From contig NC_083409.1 in NCBI RefSeq assembly GCF_020745735.1, positions 36,228,048-36,292,047 on the forward strand: a stretch of 64,000 nucleotides of DNA, in the 5' to 3' direction. Numbering within the stretch: the stretch's first letter is position 1; each line of letters starts with the position of its first letter. The position numbers and the translations under genes are program-made. Below, one piece after another: positions 11,590 to 24,600 of this stretch. This DNA is from Hemiscyllium ocellatum (taxonomy: Eukaryota). The notes beneath the pieces were generated by a model. It had not been told where the DNA came from. It saw nothing but the letters and a program-made list of their open reading frames with translations, and made no database searches.

Positions 11590-12800
11590 ATCTGTACAAA
11601 ATGCAGGGTCACCAATACTCCAGGATTACCCTGAAATCTCCAAGAACTGAAGATTAATCTCTTAGAAGCGCTCCAGCGAAATTATTGGAAAATGAGGAGA
11701 TGGCAAAGACATTGAACAAATACCTTATGCCTGTCTTTATGGTTGAAAATGCTGCACACCAAAAAGAGAGGGTAACTTAGGCATCGAAAGGAATAAAGAA
11801 TATTAGTGGAGAAAAGAACAGAAATAACTTAAGGGGTTAGAATCTGACAAATTGCAAAGGTTTCATTGTCTCTGCACAATAGTTGTAAAAGAGATGGCAG
11901 GTGGAATTTTGCCAGAAATCAATTCAGTCATTTTCCCCCCTCTGTGGAATGATAACTGATTTGCTTTGTCTCATCTCTATGCAGATTGAAGTCACCTGAT
12001 TCTTGAAGTCAGTGACTCTTGATCATAATTAGAGCTGTCTCAAATTGCCTGTTTAGTGCCTTCCATGTATACAGTTTAGTCGGGTCTGTATACATGAACT
12101 GTCAATTTCTGTCCCTTGGTTTTCCTAAACTCTACCCAAATAGACTCCACTTCACCAGAACTGATATCTGTTTTCATTATTATATTAACTTTACTCTATA
12201 ACCAGCAATGCTAATCCACCTCCTTCTTATTGTCTATCCTTCCAGGAAACTGAAAATCCCTGGAGCCCAGCTTCAAACAGAATGGATGTGTTGGTTTCCA
12301 GTTTACCAAAATACCCTGGATTCTGGAAAGGTCTGAGTGGAGTGGAAGTTAGCAATGTAACACTGCTAGTCAGGCAAGAAGGGAGAGTGAAAATAAGGAA
12401 CTAAGGCCAGTTATCATGACATCAATTAATTGGGAAAGAGTTCAATAAAGTTCCTTAATTAAGTATGTTTCAACAATGTGCTTTAAAAAAACCCCATGGT
12501 TTCATCCAATATAATCAACATGGTTTTAGAAAAGGGAAATCACGTTTGACAAATTTACTCCTTTATGAGGGTCAAACTAGGGAGGTAGTTAAGAGGGAAC
12601 TAATAGCTGCATTATATCTGGATTCCCAAAAGGCATTCTGTATGGTGCTATACTGATGGCTAATAGGTAAGGTAAGGGCTGTGCAACTGAAGATAATGTA
12701 TGAGCATGAATAAAGGATTGGTTAACATACAGGAGATAATAACTCAGTACTGTTGTGACTGTGACAAGAGGAGTGCACTGATAATCAAGCCCCACTATTC
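11590..12800 (+). mobile_element. Highly degenerate CR1 LINE fragments
   Basis: Residual QHGFRKGKSRLTNLL and LYLDSQKAF motifs (12465-12656) similar to CR1 RT; interrupted and rearranged. Confidence 0.55.
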
Positions 12801-14607
12801 TACACTGTTCACTAGTTACACTGCTAATATAATATCAATTTTCTGATTCAATTACCATGATGATCAATTGCTTTTCTATGATCATATTATCCAGCATAAA
12901 ATAAATATTCACCAGGCTTCCTTAATGAAGTCAAAGGAATTCATTTATTGGGAACAGACATGTTTAAAGCTCTGAAGAAGAGTCACTGGACTTGAAACAT
13001 TAATTCTCCTTTTGCTCCAATGATGCTGCCAGACCTGTTAAGTATCTCCAGTAATTTCTGTGTATTATCAGATTTCTTTTTGTCATAGTCCTTTTTGCTT
13101 TTTGTTTTAAGGCAAGTAGCAAATATTGACTAACAGTAAAGATGTGATATAGAATTAAAACTATATTCAACTGATAGATACATGCACACACTACAAAACG
13201 ATACATCTCAGCAGAGTTTCTTTTCCAAATGACAAATTAGTAAATACAATTGTTTGGAAACAAAGAATAACATGAGCCTCACAAACTCATGCGATATTCT
13301 AATTTAAATGTATTATGTTAATAGGTTTGGTTCCACTCACCCACTTAATCTGGCATTTGGAATTGTGTCAAAAATATTAGAAGTATGGTATATCATATCT
13401 AGTAAAACATGGGACTAGATTTTAAGGATGGGGTAAGTTGCCTATCTTTGGGCAGCTTGCCCCTCCACAGCTGAATATCTACAAGGACATAAGGCACTCT
13501 TTTGCACCATTAGGGAGAAAAACTAGTCTTCTACATTTGCCAGTCAGTCTAATAGCTGGCCAATACCTGGTCCCGGCAGTGCTCCCAGGAAAGGTGGCCA
13601 TGCCTGATGCTGCAGTCAATCCAGAAGAAGATATTCCATGATGGAAGCAGGACAGGTGTGGGTAAGTCCAAGGTCGCCCTGGCCTCAGGCTGGCAGACCT
13701 CAGCAAGGGAAGAGTGAGGGGAGATAAGGTTGGACAGGATTCAGAATGGGTGGGGAAATACAAAATTGGTGGAGGTGAGATGGCAGCGGTTCTAATGGAC
13801 ACAAGGGGTGATAGCTGACCAGCCTGCCCAACCACAAAAACAATTAATGGGCATTTTGATCACCTGTGGACAGACCTTCAGGCACGTTCATTCTCACTAG
13901 CAAGATTGAAAGGAGGTTGTTGGGGGAAGTGCAAATCTGTGTCCATGTTACCAACAGACCCTCCCCACATGACGACCATGTTAACAGTGATGAGGTGGAA
14001 AGCAACAGGTAACTACTTGAGCAGACTTTGTGACCAGTCTCTCAAGGTTTACATTTAATGACAATAAAGTCCAATAATCTCATAATGGTCTATGACCATA
14101 TGAATCAGTAACCATGGAAACTGTTTTGACAATACTGACAACCAGAAAGGATAGCTGCTGTGTGTCCCATTTCATATTGATACAACGTGAAGTAGACTTT
14201 TAGTTCTGCATTTTCAAGTGTTGTCTTCAAGAGTCTTTTTTTTCTTTCCCTTGCTGGTATAAGTAGAACTAATACCAATTGAAGCAGAGAGAAAGGAGCT
14301 ATACCTTTGTGGTAACACCCTCGATTGTGAGAAGAGTTTTGAGATAATTTCACATCAATTTGTAGAATTTGTAAAGAAATGGGATTTTAGTCCACATTTC
14401 AGGGGCAGGAGAATTGGAAATATGGGGATAACCTTATTGAATTGATGTCTGTATACAGCACTTGGCAATGATGCCAACTCTTGCCCCAGCCAAAATGAAG
14501 TTGACCAATTTTTATGTAAAAAATGAGGTCTGCAGATGCTGGAGATCACAGCTGAAAATGTGTTGCTGGTCAAAGCACAGCAGGCCAGGCAGCATCTCAG
14601 GAATAGA

Positions 14608-14645
14608 GAATTCGACATTTCGAGCATAAGCCCTTCATCAGGAAT
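14608..14645 (-). ncRNA. Minimal type I hammerhead ribozyme
   Basis: Minus strand ATTC-CTGATGA-AGGGCTTATGCTC-GAAATGTC-GAAT; stem I ATTC/GAAT pairs fully. Confidence 0.72.
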
Positions 14646-14777
14646 GAGAGAGAGTAGCCAAGCAGGCTAAGATAAAAGGTACGGAGGAGGGACTTGGGGG
14701 AGGGGCGATGGAGGTGGGATAGGTGGAAGGAGGTCAAGGTGAGGGTGATAGGCCGGAGTGGGGTGGGGGCGGAGAGG

Positions 14778-17049
14778 TCAGGAAGAAGATTGCAGGTTAG
14801 GAGGGTGGTGCTGAGTTGAGGGAACCGACTGAGACAAGGTGGGGGGAGGGGAAATGAGGAAACTGGAGAAATCTGAATTCATACCTTGTGGTTGGAGGGT
14901 TCCCAGGCAGAAGATGAGGCGTTCCTCCTCCAGCCGTCGTGTTGTTATGTTCTGCCGGTGGAGGAGTCCAAGGACCTGCATGTCCTCGGTGGAGTGGGAG
15001 GGAGAGTTAAAGTGTTGAGCCACGGGGTGGTTGGGTTGGTTGGTCCGGGCGGCCCAGAGGTGTTCTCTGAAGCGTTCCGCAAGTAAGCGGCCTGTCTCAC
15101 CAATATAGAGGAGGCCACATCGGGTGCAGCAGATGCAATAGATGATGTGTGTGGAGGTACAGGTGAACTTGTGGCGGATATGGAAGGATCCCTTGGGGCC
15201 TTGGAGGGAAGTGAGTGTGGAGGTGTGGGCGCAAGTTTTACATTTCCTGCGCTTGCAGGGGAAGGTGCCGGGGGTGGAGGTTGGGTTGGTGGGGGGTGTG
15301 GATCTGACGAGGGAGTCACGAAGGGAGTGGTCCTTGCGGAACGCTGATAGGGGAGGGGAGGGAAATATATCCTTGGTGGTGGGGTCCGTTTGGAGGTGGC
15401 GGAAATGACGGCGGATGATATGTTGTATGCGGAGGTTGATGGGGTGGTAGGTGAGAACCAGTGGGGTTCTGTCTTGGTGGCGGTTGGAGGAGCGGGGCTC
15501 AAGGGCGGAGGAGCGGGAAGTGGAGGAGATGCGGTGGAGGGCATCGTCGATCACGTCTGGGGGGAATCTGCGGTCCTTGAAGAAGGAGGCCATCTGGGCT
15601 GTGCGGTGTTGGAACTGGTCCTCCTGGGAGCAGATGCGGCGGAGACGAAGGAATTGGGAATATGGGATGGCGTTTTTGCAGGGGGCAGGGTGGGAGGAGG
15701 TGTAGTCCAGGTAGCTGTGGGAGTCAGTCGGTTTATAATAGATGTCTGTGTTGAGTCGGTCGCCCGAGATAGAGATGGAAAGGTCTAGGAAGGGGAGGGA
15801 GGAGTCTGAGACAGTCCAGGTGAATTTCAGGTCGGGATGGAAGGTGTTAGTAAAGTTGATGAACTGTTCAACCTCCTCATGGGAGCACGAGGCAGCGCCG
15901 ATACAGTCATCGATGTAGCGGAGGAAAAGGTGGGGGGTGGTGCCAGTGTAGTTGCGGAAGATGGACTGTTCCACATATCCTACGAAGAGGCAGGCATAGC
16001 TGGGGCCCATGCGGGTGCCCATGGCAACTCCTTTAGTTTGGAGGAAGTGGGAGGATTGAAAAGAGAAGTTATTCAGGGTGAGGACCAGTTCAGTCAGTCG
16101 AAGGAGGGTGTCAGTGGAAGGGTACTGGTTGGTGCGGCGGGAAAGGAAGAAGCAGAGGGCTTTGAGTCCTTCGTGATGGGGGATGGAGGTGTACAGGGAC
16201 TGGATGTCCATAGTGAAAATAAAGCGTTGGGGACCGGGGAAGCGAAAATCCTGGAGGAGGTGGAGGGCGTGGGTGGTGTCCCGAACGTAGGTGGGGAGTT
16301 CTTGGACTAAAGGGGACAGGACCGTGTCGAGGTATTGGGAGATGAGTTCGGTGGGGCAGGAGCAGGCTGAGACAATGGGTCGGCCGGGACAGGCAGGTTT
16401 GTGGATTTTGGGCAGGAGGTAGAAACGGGCGGTGCGGGGTTGTGGGACTATGAGGTTGGAGGCGGTGGATGGGAGATCCCCTGAGGTGATGAGGTCATGG
16501 ATGGTCTGGGAGATGATGGTTTGGTGGTGGGAGGTGGGGTCGTGGTCAAGGGGGCGATAAGAGGAGGCGTCCGCGAGCTGGCGTTTGGCTTCAGCGGTAT
16601 AAAGGTCAGTGCGCCAAACTACCACCGCGCCTCCCTTGTCTGCGGGTTTGATGGTGAGGTTGGGATTGGAGCGGAGGGAGTGGAGGGCTGCACGTTCTGA
16701 GGGTGAGAGGTTGGAGTGGGTGAGAGGGGTGGACAGGTTGAGTTGGTTAATGTCACGGCGGCAGTTGGCTATAAAGAGGTCGAGGGCGGGTAGGAGGCCA
16801 GCACAGGGTGTCCAGGTGGATGGGGTCTGTTGGAGGCGGGAGAAGGGGTCGTCAGAGGGTGGGCGGGAGTCTTGGTTGTGAAAGTAGGCACGGAGGCGAA
16901 GGCGGCGGAAGAATTGTTCAATATCTCGGCGCGTGTTGAACTCATTAATCCGAGGGCGTAGGGGAATGAAGGTGAGGCCCCTGCTGAGGTCTGATCTTTC
17001 ATCCTCAGAGAGGGGGAGATCTGGAGGGATGGTGAAAATCCGGCAATGT
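14778..17049 (-). CDS. Penelope-like RT / GIY-YIG endonuclease polyprotein (no start codon, 5'-truncated)
   Basis: Listed 615-aa ORF (YIDD, CKRRKCKTC linker, IIYC...LLYIGETGR) reads open upstream through IKPADKG, RRLRLRAYF and LSRGLTF to about 17049 when translated by hand. Confidence 0.85.
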
Positions 17050-17970
17050 GTCTACTCTTTAAACTAAAAGAAAGCTGAAAGTTAGTAAGTTTGCAGATGG
17101 CACCAAAATTAGAGGTACAGAGAGCGAAGTAGGTTACCTCCGAGGACAAACAGGATTTTGATCAGAAGGGCCAATGGGCCAAAGAGTGCCAAATGGATTT
17201 TAATTTTGGTGAGGCAGATCAGGATTTAGGCACTTAATAGTAAGGTCCTGGGGAGTGTTACTGAACAAAGAGACCTTGGAGTGCAAGTTCATAGTTCCTA
17301 GAAACTGGAGTCGCTGATAGATAGGATAGTGAAGAAGGCGTTTAGTATGCTTTCCTTCTTTGGTCAGAACATTGAGTATAGATGTTGGGGGGGGTCATGT
17401 GGTGGCTGTACAGGATGTTGGTTGGGCCACCTTTGGAATATTGTGTGCAATTCTGGTTTCCTCTTACACGAAGCATGTCGTGAAATTTGAAAGGGTTCAG
17501 AAAAGATTTACAAAGGTGTTGCCAGGGTTGGAGGATTTGAGCTATAGGGAGAGGCTGAAAAGGCTGGGATTGTTTTCCCTGGAGCTTCTGAGACTTAGGG
17601 GTGACCTTATAGAGGTTTATAAAATCATGAGGGGCACGGAGAGGGTAAATAGACAAAGTCTTTTCCCTGGGGTCGGGGAGTCCAGAACGAAAAGGTATAG
17701 GTTTAGGGTGAGAGGAGAAAGAGACCTAAGGGACAACCTTTTCACATTGTGTACAGTGTGTGTATGGAATGGGCTGCCACAGGAAGTTGTGGAGCTGGTA
17801 CAATTACATTTAAAAGGCATCTGGAGGGGTATATGAATACGAAGGGTTTAGAGGGATATGGGCCAAGTACTGGCAAATGGGACTAGATTAATTTCGAATA
17901 TCTGGTTAGCATGGATGAGTTGGACTGAAGGGTCTGTTTCTGTGCTGTACATCTCCTTGACTCTATGATT
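17050..17970 (+). mobile_element. CR1 LINE 3' fragment, degenerate
   Basis: SKFADGTK, VKFERVQKRFTKVLPGLEDLSYRERL, LRGDLIEVYKIMRG and CR1 3' UTR. Confidence 0.88.
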
Positions 17971-18159
17971 CCAGAATTCTCTCAACATAGTCCCCAGCAA
18001 ATAGTCCAGGACTTTATTCATTCCTTAGTGGTTTAGTGCGTTCGCCATCTTGTCACACTACTGTCCTTTTTTTGTGTCAAAATTAAACTTCGCCAAAAGG
18101 GAACTGGTCTTCTGGTCTTTGCCAGAGATGTCATTATCAGGAGAAAATGTTAATCTTGG

Positions 18160-18345
18160 ATGGCCGTACGATTCCATTATCCCAGCGATTCAAAGAAAAG
18201 CAGTGGAGCTCACCCTTGCACTTTGGCCAATATTTATCCCTCAACAAGTGCAATTTTGCTAAAATGGAAGGGCTAGTCATTCACCTTGTTATGAAAGCTT
18301 GCTGTGTGCACATTACCCAATGCCTTTCCTACTTTACAGCAACCT
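18160..18345 (+). mobile_element. Ancient DeuSINE/SacSINE1-like relic
   Basis: GGCCAATATTTATCCCTCAAC...AGCTTGCTGTGTGCACATT...TTTCCTACTTTACAGCA resembles the Deu-domain; a paralogous copy lies at 25620-25800. Confidence 0.55.
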
Positions 18346-18390
18346 GTTGAAGGAGCAGCACTTTGAAAACTAGTGCTTCCAAACAAACAT

Positions 18391-19035
18391 TAGATTCTCT
18401 ACAGTATGGAAACAGGCCCTTTGCCCCAACAAGTCCACACCACTCCTCTGAAGAGTAACCCCACCCATTCCCCTTCCCCTTCCCCTTCCCCTTCCCCTTA
18501 TTTACCCCTGACTAATTCTCCTAATACTATAGGCAATTTAACATGGCCAATTCACCTGACCGGCACATCTTTGGGTGGTGGGAAGATGGGCAGCACAGTG
18601 GCTTAGTGCTTAGCACTACTGCCTCACAGCACCAGAGACCTGGGTTCAATTCCCACCTCAGGCAACTGTCTGTGTGGAGTTTGCACATTCTCCCCGTGTC
18701 TGTGTGGATTTGCTCTGGTTTCTTTTCACAATCCAAAGATGTGCAGGTCAGGCGAATTGGCCATGCTAAATTGCCTGTAGCGTTCAGTGGATTAGTCAGG
18801 GGTAAATATAGGGGGGCGGGGTTTCTCTTTGGGGGGGTTGGTGTGGACGTAGCTGGGCCGAAGAGCCTGTTTCCACACTGTAGGTAGTCTAATCTAAACC
18901 AGAGCACCCGGAGGAAACCCAAGCAGACACAGGAGAACATGCAAACTCCACACAGTCACCCAAGGCTGGAATTGAACCCAGGTCCCTGGTACTGTGAGGC
19001 AACAGTGCTAACCACTGAGACACCATGCTGCCCCT
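18391..19035. mobile_element. HE1 SINE (+, 18584-18898) inserted inside an older HE1 SINE (-)
   Basis: Minus-strand 3' half at 18391-18583 and 5' half at 18899-19035 join across the plus-strand copy; (CCCCTT)n microsatellite near 18470-18500. Confidence 0.85.
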
Positions 19036-21475
19036 TTTTAATTAGATTGTGTTTGACTTTAACCTTGTGTTGCATGATTTTTAACTTTGTCCATCTCAGT
19101 CCAACACCGGCTCCTCCACATCATACTTTAAAGCAATAAGTGAAATCAAGGAAGTACCGAGGAAGTGTAAAGCTCTCTGGAAAACCTTTTCAGGTTATGC
19201 AAGGTGTTTTATATGCATGGGTAAAAGCTTTGTTCAGTTTCATTTTGACTGACATGAAATATCTGATGGCTGACGTCTTGGGCTGCTCAGTGGCATTTAA
19301 AATTTTACGTTTTCCAAGAAAGGGCAAGGAGATATTGAAGGGGCAAATAAATAATTGATGGATGTAATTACACTGCAGTCTTTCTTTTTTTGTGTTTAAG
19401 TTTGACATGAATGTTATTTTCATTTATCTTTAGGTTTTTTGCGTATATTGTCATAGCCATCTTGAAGAAACAACTCAATGTCTGCAGTGCAGTTTTGAGG
19501 CAGAAAGGTATATGCATCCTCAGTTTCTTTACACACAGCAAACTCCAATCAGTTGATGACTTGTTCCCCAAATCTCTACATCCAATCACCCATTTACTCT
19601 TTAACTCACAGAGAGATTTTGCCAGGACCTTCATTCCATTTGGTCACATACACATCTGATATAATCTATGAGGTGGGAGCAGCATTGTTACATTCCAGCA
19701 GTGAAAAGTAGTTGCTGTCAGGTTTGCACCAATGGCAGCAGTCTCACCTGAGAGTCAGACATTTATCAGTTGTAGTGATACTGAGAATAAAATCATAGCT
19801 GGCAAATATTGTCCAGTACTGAGCAGGTATTGCACTGTCAGAGCTGTCAGCTGTCAGAGAGGATGCCAAACTGAGCTCCTGGTTTGCTTACTCTACTTAG
19901 ATGTTGTGGCCTTCTATAAAGAGGAATGGTGGATGTCTGCCTAGTTCCTAGCTAAAACATGCAAGTCCAAAAAAAATTCATAATAACAGTGAACAGTATC
20001 TGGTCATTATCATTCAGCATTGTTGAAGTTTTCTGTGTACAAATGGTCAGCCATATTTCTTATAATGCTAAAGATCCTTTAGTATGAGGTTTTTTGAGCA
20101 GGCTCCTCAGTTGCATAGGGTGCAATTTTTAAATCAACGTTTCCCTGTGTTGCACTTGGTGCGGCCTGCTGAGGTTTCTGAAAGATTAGTTCTGATGCAC
20201 ACTGAGTTGGTATGTTTTCCTTTCTTGTGACATTTTAACTATTATTTCAAATCACAAAGGAATGGCACAAAGATAGGATTATCACACAGTCTATACTAAA
20301 TGGTTCAGTGAAAAACTGCAAGAAAAGAGAAAGAAGTTGTCTTATATTATCACCAATGAAAAGAGATTCGTCCCAGATTTCATTTTCGTAACCAATTACA
20401 TTACAATTACCTCCACACAGATCAGACACCATAGGATGAATGACAAAGATTGTGAACACCAACCCCAGAGTCAGCTGTCTACTTTTGTTCTCAGTAGTGT
20501 TGGTGGAGTCTTTTGAGACTCCAAATGACAGTGTCTGTGCTGAGCTCAATGGTAGAGGGTTGTAGATTTATCTGCTTTTTAAGGAGTTTGAGGACGGATG
20601 TGACCACCCATCCACTTGACAGCTGACCAGCCAGCCCAACCTCAAAAATAACTCATCAAGTTTTTATTCAGATGTGGGTGTGCCTCCTGGTATTTTCAAG
20701 ATTGCAGGGAGGGTGTTGGTGGAGATGGGGAACTGTACGTACCCAGGATATGGTGCCCAACTTTACCAACAGACCCACACCACATGACAACCATGTAAAG
20801 AGTGATGAGGTGGAAAACAACAGATAACTGCCGAAGCAGTCTTTGTTGCCCCTCATGGAAAGTTTTCTTTTGAAAAGGGTGGGTTCAATGACTTCATGAT
20901 GGTTTGACTACGATGTCATAAATCAGTAACCATGCAAATGTTTGACAACAAAAAATGATAAACAATAACTGCTATGTGTCCCCATTTCATGTTGAGACTG
21001 TAGAGTGTTAGTTCTGCATTTTCAGGTGTGTTTTTTTTTCTCTCTCTCCCTCGTTTGTCTGATTAGAACTAACACTAATTGAAACAGAGAGAAAGGATAC
21101 CTTTGTGGTATTACTCTTGGTTGTGAGAAATGTTTTGATGTAATTTGAAATCATTTCTATTGGGCAGAATTTGTACCAAAATTGGATTTTAATTCATGTT
21201 TCACAGAAAGAAAAATTGGAAACATGAATGTAAATATGAGGATAACTCAACTGAATTCATGTGTGAATGTTACAGTTGGCAATGGCTCCCATCCTTCCCA
21301 CAATAAAGATTAAATTGGCCACTTTTTATGTGTCTACTGTTTGAAAGTAAATTTCCATTGACATTGATTCCAGCAAAATATTTCTGTGTTAGAGACAGCT
21401 AAATATTCAATCATTCGAGGCACGGTGCATTTACCATAGCACCACTCTGCTGTGCCATTACTGTGTTTAAACTAA

Positions 21476-21662
21476 GGAGAAAGTGACGACTGCAGATGCT
21501 GGAGATCAGAGCAGAAAATGTGTTGCTGGAAAAGCGCAGCAGGACAGGCAGCATCCAAGGAGCAGGAGAAGGGCTTCCTGAAGAAGGGCTGATGCCCGAA
21601 ACATCGATTCTCCTGCTCCTTGGATGCTGCCTGACCTGCTGCGTTTTTCCAGCAGCACATTA
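21476..21662. mobile_element. Inverted Penelope termini forming a long hairpin around a hammerhead core
   Basis: Arms 21517-21570 and 21608-21661 match 51/54; loop contains CTGAAGA-AGGGCTGATGCCC-GAAACATC. Confidence 0.8.
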
Positions 21663-24600
21663 TCAGCTGTGTTTAAACTAAACCAATTTTAAGAGATTAG
21701 TGTCAGACATCCTTTTCAGAATCACATGGGAGCAATGGAGCACTGCTACATAGAGAAAATTGGACTGAGTTTGGGTGGAGAGATTGGAGTTATTGATTAT
21801 GAAAATATGCATGGATAAGCATTAATGGTTTAGTGGACATTGAGTAGACAGGTGAATAATAGCAGAAGAGAAAAAAATGTTTGAAATTTATTGATCTAGT
21901 ATTAAAAGTTGCCTGCAGTATTCCACCTTTTGTGTTTAACTGGGGTTTGACTCGAATGATCTCCTCACTTGTATTACAAATTTGACTGTATCTCATATTC
22001 GAAGACAACTTGTGGCAGAAAGTTGATTATCTATTCCCATTGTTGGCTCACTGTTTTGTTGATTGTCTATCCCCATTGTTGCCTCACTGTTCTGTCATAG
22101 ATAAAAAAACACCTATAGATCATGTTGACTGGAACAAGGTGGCGCAATGTTTTAATCTGCGAAATCGTGTTTCTGCTTGTATGCTTTATGGATGCAGCAA
22201 AGGCATTCTGTACTCACATTAGTAGTCAGCCAATATTTATGATCCCACAAATGGAGTTTTGCTTAATTTTACCTAATGAGTGAGCACAAGAGACAAAGCC
22301 AGAAATACAGTATGGGCTATGTTGTAATGTTTTGTGGACTTTTAAGAAACATTCGTACAGATCAGACACTCAGGATGATTGACAAAGATTGTAAAGCACT
22401 ATACCCAGAGCTAGTCGCCCACTTTTATCCTCATGTACAAATCAAACAGTGTTAATGGTGTCTTTTGAGGCATCAATGGTCAATGTATGAGCTGACCTCA
22501 ACAGTAAAGATTTATCTGGTTTTTGAGGGACTTTGGGGACTGATGTGACCATCCATCCTCTTGAGAGCTAACTAGCCAGCCCAACCACAATACCAATGAC
22601 TTGATGTTTTAGTCACGTGTGGCAGGGCATCCTGGCACCTTCACCCAACTGGCAAAGGGGAAGTGGGGGTATTGTATCCATGACATGATGGCCAAATTTA
22701 CCAACAGACCCTCCCTCTCCACATGACCATGTAAATGGCAATGAATTAGAAAGCAACAGATAACTGCTCAAGCAGACTTTGTGTTCCTTCTCAGAAGGTG
22801 TTCTTTTGAAAATAATGAGTCCAGTGACTTCACAATGTTTTGACTATGATGTCATCAATCAGTAACCATGGAAACATTTAAAAACAGAATAAACTAATAT
22901 ACAATAACTGCTGTGCCTCCCCATTTCAGGTTGAGACAACGTGGAGTGAACACTGGAGAATTTTATTTCTGCATTTTCAGGTGCGTATTGTTTTTTTCTC
23001 CCCTCTCCCTCATTATTCTGATTAGAAATAACACTAGTTGAAACAAAGAAAAAGGATACTTTTGTAGAATTACTTTCGGTTGTGAGAAATGTTTTGATGT
23101 AATTTGAAATCATTTGTACTGGGCAGAATTTAGAACAAAATTGGCTTTTAATCCACGTTTCACAGAAAGGAAAATTGGAAACATGAATGTGAATATGGGG
23201 AGAACTCTATTGAATTCATGTGTGAATGTTACAGTTGGCAATGGCTCCCATCCTTGCCAAAATAAAAATTAAATTGGCCGCTTTTTATGTGTCTACTGTT
23301 TGAAAGAAAAGGAAATTGAAAGCCAAGTTCTGTTGACATTGTCCCCAGCAAAACAATCCCGGGACAAGGACAGTTAAATTTTAAATCCTTTTGAGGCATT
23401 GAAGATTTATCTGGTTTTTGAGGGACTTTGGGGACTGATGTGACCAACCCATCCTTTTGAGAGTTAACCAGCCAGCCCAACCACAAAACCAATAACTTGA
23501 TGTGTTTAGTCATGTGTGGCAGGGCATGCTGGTGATTTCAACCTGATTGGCAAGGCAGAGGTGGGGGTATTGTATCCATGACATGATGGCCAAATTTACC
23601 AACATGACCATGTAAACGGCGATGAATTAGAAAACAACAGATGACTGCTCAAGCAGACTTTGTGTTCTTTTTTGGAAGGCTTTCTTTTTAAAATAATGAG
23701 TTCAGTGACTTCACAATGTTTTGACTATGATGTCATAAATCAGTAACCATGGAAACATTTGAAAACAGAATAAAAATATACAATAACTGCTGTGCCTCCC
23801 CATTTCAGGTTGAGACAACGTGGAGTGAACACTGGAGAGTTTTAATTCTGCATTTTCAGATGCGTATTGTTTCTTTGCCTCTCCCTCAATTGTCTGATTA
23901 GAAATAATACTAGTTGAAGCAGAGAGAAAGGATACTTTTGTGGAATTACTCTCGGTTGTGAGAAATGTTTTGATGTAATTTGAAATCATTTGTACTAGGT
24001 AGAATTTATAACAAAATTGGAATTAAATTGGCCACATTTTATATTTCTTACAATGCAACTGGTAAAGATTCTTTAGTATGAAGTTTTTTGAGCAGGTTCC
24101 TCAGTTGCATAGGGTGCAATTTAAATCAATGTTTCCCTATGTTCCACTTGGTGCGGCCTGCTGAGGTTTCTGAAGGATTAGTTTTGATGCACGCTGAGTT
24201 GGTATGCATTCCTTTCTTGTGACATTTTAATTATATTTCAAATCACAAGGGAATGACACAAAGATAGGATTATCCCACAGTCTATACTAAATGGTTCAGT
24301 GAAAAAACTGCAAAAGAGAAAGAAGTTGTCTTATATTATCACCAATGAAAAGAGATTCATCCCAGATTTCCTTTTCACAACCAATTACATTACAATTACC
24401 CCCACACAGATCAGACACCATAGGATGAATGACAAAGATTGTGAACACCAACCCCAGAGTCAGTTGTCTACTTTTGTTCTCAGTAGTGTTGGTGGAGTCT
24501 GTTGATGTAATTTGAAATCATTTGTACTGGGCAGAATTTAGAACAGAATTGGATTTTAATCCACGTTTCACAGAAAGGAAAATCGGAAACATGAATGTGA

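Larger units (their letters stand above)
14522..17049 (-). mobile_element. Young Penelope-like element, 5'-truncated
   Basis: Uninterrupted RT plus GIY-YIG frame and hammerhead-bearing 3' terminus (14522-14650). Confidence 0.95.

Noticed and set aside
22780-22900. Minus-strand FKCFHGY*LMTS*SKHCEVTG resembling a sushi/CCP domain
   Set aside because: Stop codons are shared by copies, the diagnostic Trp/Pro-Cys is missing and older copies do not keep the pattern
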